11,263 bases of DNA from assembly GCA_905250035.1 (NCBI GenBank), contig CAJNOE010000021.1, positions 141,491-152,753 on the forward strand, written 5' to 3'. The notes beneath the pieces are model-generated. The model saw only the letters and a program-made list of their open reading frames with translations. It was not told the origin of the DNA and ran no database searches. This document shows, piece by piece, positions 1 through 6,982 of the stretch; the first letter of the stretch is position 1; every line of letters starts with the position of its first letter. The stretch is from Adineta steineri. Lineage: Eukaryota. The translations under genes and the position numbers were made by a program.

Positions 1-650
1 ATATGAATACATCTGTATATTTCGCTCTATATATATTATTATAATATTAGTATATGATAACAAGGTAAAGAAGTCATAAGACATGTCTCTTTCATCAATA
101 TTATTATTTTGTTGTATTACCTTTTTATGACAAACACTTCACACGTATTCGAAGATAAAAAGAAAAAAGTATAGGCAAGCAGTTTTACATTTATATATTG
201 CCGATGAAAACAACTTCACTATCACCACGTCACAAGATAGTTTCAAATTTTATTTTTTTTTATCATTTCTCTTTTTATTTATAATTTACTTTAGTTTCTA
301 TCAAATAATTATAACAGATGACTTCATTTGAGACTTATAATTGACTAAAGTATAAAATAAAGAACAACAAAGAACATGATTATGTTTTAATTCAAGATAA
401 TTAATAATTCCTTTTTAAAATCAATACTAATTTTTACAAAGAAGCACAATAACATATTTCACTTATAATAAATTTCATTTTATAGACTAAAAATAATTTA
501 TTTTGAAAGTTTCAGAATATTTATTTATATTCGATAAGAGATAAATATTTGTCCTAGTTCACAAGGTATTTTTTCTTTCAATTATACGTCTCTCAAAATA
601 TATACAAATATATAAGAAACAAATACAATTAGGCAACCCATGTAAAAACC

Positions 651-715
651 ATCTTGAGGATATGGGTGTAGATGTCAGTGCTCATCAAAGGAACAGAGAC
701 CCACACCCTCAAGAT
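651..715. repeat. Telomere-like hairpin element T1
   Basis: ATCTTGAGGATATGGGTGT ... ACCCACACCCTCAAGAT inverted ends. Confidence 0.75.
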
Positions 716-1915
716 ATTCATATTTATCGTACTATAATATCATCTAGATCAAATTTCTCTCTTCGGTTTTGTTGTTCTTGATAGTTTCTTGAATATTCAA
801 TCTTCTTCATACCTAAAAATGATGTTCGGTATTCTTAAATTCATAGCAAAACAGTTAGTCATTAATAACAAAAAATTCTCCATTATTCTCAATAATAGGC
901 ATTCTCATATCAATTAGGATGAAATAAAATGAAAACTTATTAGTATATATTCAAATATTGTTTCAAATGTAAAAAAGAAAAGACCAAAGATAAACAATTC
1001 TTTTTTTCGTCAACATGGGATTTTTTAATTGAATATGTAAAATAATCAAAATCTAATCGAAACCAATCTAATGCATCAGACTTGATGATTGATGACCTTG
1101 TTATAGGCTTATTGTCATTTAAATTTATTCTATCATTTATTATAAATTGTATATGTACGTTTTTTTAATTGATAAGCAATAATAATCAAATGAAAAGATT
1201 TTATTCTGCGGAGAGACGTTTTTTTGTTGTAAATATTAATGTAGCAAATACGGCGAAAAGAAATAAAACAATAAAATACAAACATAAAAATATATACTTC
1301 AATTTTTTTTAGTTCTATATCGCAGTTTTAATGTGCCCGATAAAAGAATACAATCAATCGTTCATAGATAGTATTTGTTGAATTCGTTATATTTAGTCAA
1401 ATAATCAATTTACAAAAAATTTAGAAGTATTCATCATTTAGTTACAAGAGGTTAAATCTTAAAAGTTAGAAGTAAATCGATTTATTCATGAGATCAATAT
1501 TTCGGTTTGATAGCACATCAAAAATGTATATTTAACAAAATTAGAAAAGTTAAAACTGTTAGGAATTCTGAACTTAGGTCAGTAATCGACTTGTGAGTTT
1601 CAATGATAGAACAAAAGCACCTCATCTTCACATACCTTCCAACTGTCATACACAACTCTCCCATCTCTAATACACAATGAATTTTTCAATCAAACATACA
1701 TTCTGCTACACTTTTTTTCTATTGTCGAAGTCAAACTTTTGATTAAAATGATGAATTATATTTACTCAAAACATGAAATTTACATTATATACTCGAATCC
1801 GTTGAAATGGGCTTGTTATTGATTATTTTTATTCTATAAAACATACATATATACATGTTTTTACTTTATTCACTTCAGATTGAAATCAGGTATCAATCCA
1901 CTGACATTGCACATA

Positions 1916-2025
1916 ATGGCAAGCCGACAACACTTCGATTCGTTATCGGATCCAGCATCGCCCAACCATGCAAGTCATTCTTCTATCGAACGGATTGTCT
2001 GGACAGATGATGATGATAATAATCA
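1916..2025 (+). CDS. Gene A exon 1: MASRQHFDSLSDPASPNHASHSSIERIVWTDDDDNN(Q), predicted cytoplasmic tail
   Basis: Followed by the GTAAGT donor. Paralogous to 6873-6982 with the same length (110 nt) and phase. Confidence 0.8.
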
Positions 2026-5009
2026 GTAAGTACAATATCGATTTCAAGATGTTTATATATCTGATATTTTAATGACAGAATTTACCAAAAGAAGTCCGTT
2101 GGCTGGCATTGGTGTTTGAAATGCTGTATTATTGGATCATTACTAGCTGGAATAGGTTTAGCTGTTGTACTCACATTCTACGTGACCTCGAAAACAACTG
2201 CAACTGAAACATTAAGTATGTAACAACTAAAATTATCGTTTTCATGTTGATTATTTTGTCTTTTTGTTCATCACATGGAACAGAAAGATGATTGTTCTTC
2301 TTAAGTGTATGGCCAATTTTGCTTTCTAAATAGTGATGTTAATAGCTAGAATCGAGATCTAAAACTGTAGATCAATCATACGTTTGTATCTTTTACAGCT
2401 CATGAATTATACTGATTTTAACTATAGTTCTTACCTAATTTTCAACAAACTTTTATCGTAGATCTCTATCACATTTCATTCAACAGTTATAAGCATTTTC
2501 CCCAACTACCTTTTTCTAAAAAAATTCATAATAGCTGATCAGTTGATCTGCATGTATTAATCGGATGAATATTTCATCACTCGCATTTCTATAATTGAAA
2601 TGAACAATTATTCATTGTCGCAGTCACGATTGTCAACCGATCCATCTTCACGAGTTGCCTCGTCCAATTGATAATAGTTTGTGAGCAATATCATAAAGAA
2701 ATCGAACAAAGTATCTTTTAGAATTAGCAAGTCATCCATTTCCAAGAGAAATATTTGACAAATGTTGGTGATTGATAAAGGTTTATTAAGAAATTTCAAT
2801 GTAAACTAGAATCATGGTGTTTTACTTTTTGTTCACTAACTTGAGACAATTAAAACCTTTTGTTCTGAAATCATTGAAGAATTCTCATCCCTTTCAAACT
2901 ATATTAGTAAGTTGTTGCGATGTCATTTGACTTAGTCTAATGCCTTTTTTTTCTCTCGAATATATGATTTTTAATTGTAATTTATCATTTCATGCTTTTT
3001 TAGTCTCAACAACATCAACAACAATTTCAACAACATCAGCAACAACATCAACATCAACATCGACATCAACGTCAACCTCAACGTCGACATCGACATCAAC
3101 AACATCGACATCAACGTCAACATCAACATCAACAACAACATCAACATCGACATCAACAACATCGACATCAACGTCAACATCAACATCAACATCAACATCA
3201 ACGTCAACGTCAACATCGACATCAACAACAGCAACAACAGGTATGGTTTTTAAACAAGAATGATTACGTAGGAACTTTTATGTATGACTGATAGAAAAGA
3301 CAACGTGTTCGCAATCTATATAGCGACTGGCAGCTGATTATTCACAGAAATTGTGCCCGAAATTGTGATCTCAGTTCTCTTCGAAGGTTTCGACCTGTCA
3401 GACGGAGTCTTTTCTATTTGTTCTGATCGACACTTTGTCAAAAGATTTTCTTTCGAGAGCGTGATTCACTGTTTCATTTGTAGTAAACAGATTTTAGTTT
3501 CAGTCACTAACTGATGCTAGCTGTAACTAGTTGATTACTAATATCCGTATCAAAAAAAGAGGTGCGATGACTATTTTTGCAACAACCTGTGATAGAAAAA
3601 AGATTGAAACCTGAGATTTTTGATACATAATCCAGTACATCATGTGTCTGGAAAAAGCTGATGAAAAAAATAAGAAACCGCTTCTCATAGAAACTCTAAA
3701 TACAGCTAAATCATGAATGAAATAATAAATCACCAGAGCTATGTCCTTTGCTATACGTTGAAAGCAGTACATCTGAATTTATTCGCGATAATCCTTGGAT
3801 GTGCTGATTAGATCGTACAGATTTAGACGTTTAGATTTATATGTATAGATTCAGACATAGAAGACGATGTAAAAAAATAATCTAAGAGTATCGTACTTAA
3901 ATATAGATAGAATGAAAGCAGAGTAGTTATTGTATGTTTGTGATGTGTAAAGATGAAAACGTAGTAAAAAGTAAGAAGCGTCTTATATCTGTAACGAAAC
4001 CTTTGTAATATACTGATCACTTCAAGAGTAAATCTGAGGAAGTTATAAGAGTGTTTTCATTTTTTCCATCTGTTTTTTGAGAAACGATGATTCAAATAGA
4101 TGGTGTGGGTGTGGGTGTGGGTGTGGGTGAGTGTGAGTACTCTATTTAACCCATATCACACCCACACCCACACCCTTCTCTGCGCATGCATAAATGGATA
4201 TAAAAAATCGCATTGTAGACGAGCAACATGTCTGTATTACAGCGTTTTTCGTAACACGAACAAACGTTTTTGTTATAAAAAGCTAAGTCTTAAGTATTTT
4301 TAGAGTGTCTAAATCAGTTCATTTTGACTGATCTCCCTGAATTTTCTTCATTTCAGCTGAATTTGAATATTCTAGACTAGTGCAGATAAGTACAAGTGTT
4401 ATCGAATAATTTTATCTAACTTTGATTTTTAAGACCTAGTTGTTTTGCTTTTGAGCTGATGACTGATAGTTCCATTTTGATCAAGTCTCAAAATGGTTTC
4501 AGTTTATGGAGACTACTATCAAATATTCATTTAACTCTAAAAGTACGATATAATTCGATCATTAAACAATCAAATTTCCAGAATGACAGCATTCTTTGTT
4601 TTCTTTCATACATTTGCAAACAGTGCATTTCAGATTTACGATCAATCATGATTGGTTTTTAGCATTGTTGCCCTTAAGATATTTATCTATTAATACTTTA
4701 TTTTTAATTTTAGCTCCACCTTCTTGCAGTACTGCTTGTTGTAGTACAACTAGTTGCATTGTTTGTCTTGATGATAATAATGGTAACGCTTTTGCTAATT
4801 GTCGTTATGTTGCTAATGTAGTTGCTAGTAATCCACCTGGTGCTATTCCTGCTAATGGTTATTATATTCATGGTTTTGGTCCTAGTCATGGTTATTTTAT
4901 TTATTATCCTAATGGTTATAGTGGTATTGCTGATCCTCATGTGGCTTGTACTACTGATAATATTAATGATTTTACTAATAGTACTTGTGATGCTGCCCGT
5001 GGTTGTTGA
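1916..5009 (+). CDS. Gene A, spliced model join(1916..2025,2079..2215,3004..3240,4714..5009): predicted 259-aa type II single-pass membrane protein with Thr/Ser-rich stalk and Cys-rich C-terminal domain
   Basis: ATG at 1916. GT..AG introns at 2026-2078, 2216-3003 and 3241-4713. The reading frame stays open through all junctions (110+137+237+296=780 nt, stop TGA 5007-5009). The paralogous gene B has the same exon 1/2 structure. Confidence 0.78.
2079..2215 (+). CDS. Gene A exon 2: (Q)IYQKKSVGWHWCLKCCIIGSLLAGIGLAVVLTFYVTSKTTATETL, transmembrane signal-anchor
   Basis: Acceptor aatgacag|aa, donor |gtatgt. A hydrophobic stretch of about 21 residues follows a basic/aromatic segment. Nearly identical to 7036-7175. 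Confidence 0.85.
2744..3010 (+). repeat. Second duplicated block (intron part before the Thr/Ser exon), copy A
   Basis: aagagaaatatttgaca...gttgcgat...gacttagtct + ...ctctcgaatatatgattttt...tttttag matches 7985-8180 plus 8556-8628. Confidence 0.85.
3004..3240 (+). CDS. Gene A exon 3: low-complexity Thr/Ser stalk, about 79 codons, mucin-like
   Basis: Acceptor gcttttttag|TC, donor CAACAG|gtatgg. Length 237 nt (multiple of 3), phase 1 in and out. The paralogous acceptor is at 8620-8621. Confidence 0.78.
3010..3240 (+). repeat. Coding microsatellite with 3/6-bp periodicity (ACA TCA/TCG/ACG)n
   Basis: Direct reading of the sequence: runs of tcaaca/tcgaca/tcaacg. Confidence 0.95.
4102..4175. repeat. 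Telomere-like hairpin element T2, (TGTGGG)n facing (CCCACA)n; left arm also G-quadruplex-capable
   Basis: ggtgtgggtgtgggtgtgggtgtgggtga ... cacacccacacccacaccc. Confidence 0.85.
4714..5009 (+). CDS. Gene A exon 4: Cys-rich extracellular domain (A)PPSCSTACCSTTSCIVCLDDNNGNAFANCRYVANVVASNPPGAIPANGYYIHGFGPSHGYFIYYPNGYSGIADPHVACTTDNINDFTNSTCDAARGC*
   Basis: Pyrimidine/T-rich tract plus ttttag acceptor at 4711-4713. Phase 1 matches the upstream donor. Contains 9 Cys and very uniform codon usage. AATAAA lies about 98 bp after the stop. Confidence 0.75.
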
Positions 5010-5106
5010 TACAGGATATTGGTTGACTGTAGTTTTCGTGTACCAACAGCAAGAGCTTCACATGAAGTTAATCAAAAACATTTATATTATGACATTTTTT
5101 TGCGAA

Positions 5107-5112
5107 AATAAA
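5107..5112 (+). promoter_or_regulatory. Candidate polyadenylation signal AATAAA of gene A
   Basis: AATAAA followed by T/GT-rich sequence (actttattcgtaattcgtttttttaa). Confidence 0.55.
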
Positions 5113-5976
5113 CTTTATTCGTAATTCGTTTTTTTAATAATCAGTACGTAGCAACTTTTTTTTTGTGTTTCTATTTTTTCTACTAACTAACAAGAAGTAA
5201 CTTTTTAAATTAGCTATTATCCATTCGATCGTATTTTTTCATTTCATTTCATATTTATTCTAATTAGAAACTAAAATAAAAACTTAAATTCAACAGTTAA
5301 TACACAATTAAATTAATTGCATGATATGAACATAAGATAAATAACAAATGATGATAAAATAAGAAATTAATAAGACTCTCTGATGCTTCGACAGTGAAAA
5401 ATATCCATATCGAACGTTGTACAGAGTTCTTTATTAAGTTGTTTTCCTCCATCTTAACAGAACCGTCTTGTACTTTCAGGATAAACATACTTTCTCCGTT
5501 CGATTATAATGTACATTTTTATGCTTATACATGATTTATAAAATAAATCCATTCTTCAATATATCGTCTTTTCAAGTCATTGTCATTGATAAACATTTTA
5601 GTTAAATTTTGTCAGGATTATCAGATCAAAAAGTTATATATTGAATGTTTCTCTGAAAACTCTGCAAAATTAAGACGTTTTTTTGCACTAGCTCGAAAAA
5701 AATCAGAATATAGTTATTTATCATTTTAATATATAAATCATCTTTTCTTTTAATAGAAGATATTTATTTAATTAGCATCTACTTAACTACATACAGCTCA
5801 ACGAAAATCAGAAATCGAAAATAGTTATATTGTTTTAATCAACTTCTTCCTAGAAGAAGCTTTTTTAAATAGTGAATCGAACTCATTATTTATGTCCGAA
5901 TGAAACTGAGTTTAGGATATAAAAAATATCATGCGAGAAAGTAAATTCTGAAGCTTAATATTCAATTTATGTCGCG

Positions 5977-6080
5977 AGTGTGGGTGTCCGTGGGTGTGAC
6001 TTTAGGTGTGGGTTTGGGTGTGCCTATGGATGTGGATGCTGCTTTTCATTCTCATGCAAATCCACACCCACACCCTTAAG
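5977..6080. repeat. Telomere-like hairpin element T3
   Basis: agtgtgggtgtccgtgggtgtg...ggtgtgggtttgggtgtg ... tccacacccacacccttaag. Confidence 0.75.
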
Positions 6081-6872
6081 ATAGTTTATTGAATATTCAG
6101 TCTTTTTCATACTTAAAAATTATGTTCGAGTAGTATTAAACTAATAATAAAATAATTAATAATTGATAAAAAAATTTATTATTATATATTCAAATATTGT
6201 TTCAAATGTAGAAAAGAAAAGACCAAAAACAAAAGAATTCTTTTTTTTCGTCAATATGGAATTTTTAATCGAATATATAAAATAATTATTTGCAAACAAA
6301 TTCAAATAATCAAAATCTAGTCGAAACCAATCTAATGCATCAGGCTTAATGATTGATGACCTTGCTATAGGTTCATTGTTATTTAAATTTATTCTATCAT
6401 TTATTATAAACTTTCTACGTACGATTTTTTAATTCATGAGCAACAATAAACAAATGAAACGATATTTTATTTGATAGTACATCAAAAATGTATATTTAAC
6501 AAAATTAGAAAAGTTAAAAATGTTAGAAATTCTGAACTCAGGTCGATTATCAATTTGTGAGCTTCAATGATAGAACAAAATCACCTCACATTCACTTACC
6601 TACCAATTGTGATACACAACTCTCCCATCTCTAATACACAATGAATTTTTCAATCAAACATACATTCTGCTACACTTTTTTTCTATTGTCGAAGTCAAAC
6701 TTTTGATTAAAATGATGAATTATATTTACTCAAAACATGAAATTTACATTATATACTCGAATCCGTTGAAATGGGCTTGTTATTGATTATTTTTATTCTA
6801 TAAAACATACATATATACATGTTTTTACTTTATTCTATTTAGATCGAAATCGGCTCACCGACATTACACATA

Positions 6873-6982
6873 ATGTCGAATCCACGATACTCCGACTGGT
6901 CATCGGATCCAGTATCGACCACACATGGAAGTCATTCTTCTATCGAACGCATTGTCTGGACAGAGGATGATGATAGTGATCG
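6873..6982 (+). CDS. Gene B exon 1: MSNPRYSDWSSDPVSTTHGSHSSIERIVWTEDDDSD(R)
   Basis: GTAAGT donor at 6983. Paralogous to 1916-2025. Confidence 0.8.

Larger units (their letters stand above)
714..2296 (+). repeat. Duplicated block, copy A (upstream region + exons 1-2 + start of intron 2)
   Basis: Aligns by eye with 6082-7256, and its first ~140 bp with 11119-11263. Parts are indistinguishable over more than 200 bp. Confidence 0.85.

Noticed and set aside
2608-2799. 63-aa minus-strand ORF
   Set aside because: Crosses into the duplicated intron block and is not preserved in the paralog; no domain.
2971-3237. Minus-strand ORF MLLLLMSMLTLTLMLM...
   Set aside because: Antisense of the ACATCN repeat; low-complexity artefact.
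2940-3263. Track ORF + (MPFFSLEYMIF...TTSTSTS...GMVFKQE) as an independent gene
   Set aside because: It spans the intron 3' end, and the Thr/Ser part is better explained as internal exon 3 of gene A in the same frame. The paralogous region shows the splice acceptor.
3527-4020. Two minus-strand ORFs (81 and 65 aa) inside intron 3 of gene A
   Set aside because: No recognizable motifs, AT-rich, no conservation in the paralog. A nested gene cannot be excluded but is unsupported.
4100-4303. ORF MVWVWVWVWVSVS...HTHTHT...
   Set aside because: Translation of the telomere-like hairpin T2; not protein-like.
4710-4940. Minus-strand ORF antisense to the Cys-rich exon
   Set aside because: Shadow ORF created by strong T-ending codon bias of the sense strand.
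4822-5124. Plus-strand ORF MLVIHLVLFLLMVIIFMVLVLV...
   Set aside because: Out-of-frame reading of gene A exon 4; the hydrophobicity is an artefact of shifted GNT/ATT codons.
5297-5488. 62-63 aa minus-strand ORF downstream of gene A
   Set aside because: Short, no recognizable domain, no supporting structure.
5840-5870. Small hairpin cttcttcctagaagaag followed by tttttt, resembling a terminator
   Set aside because: Short stem in AT-rich eukaryotic intergenic DNA with no associated small RNA promoter; likely chance.
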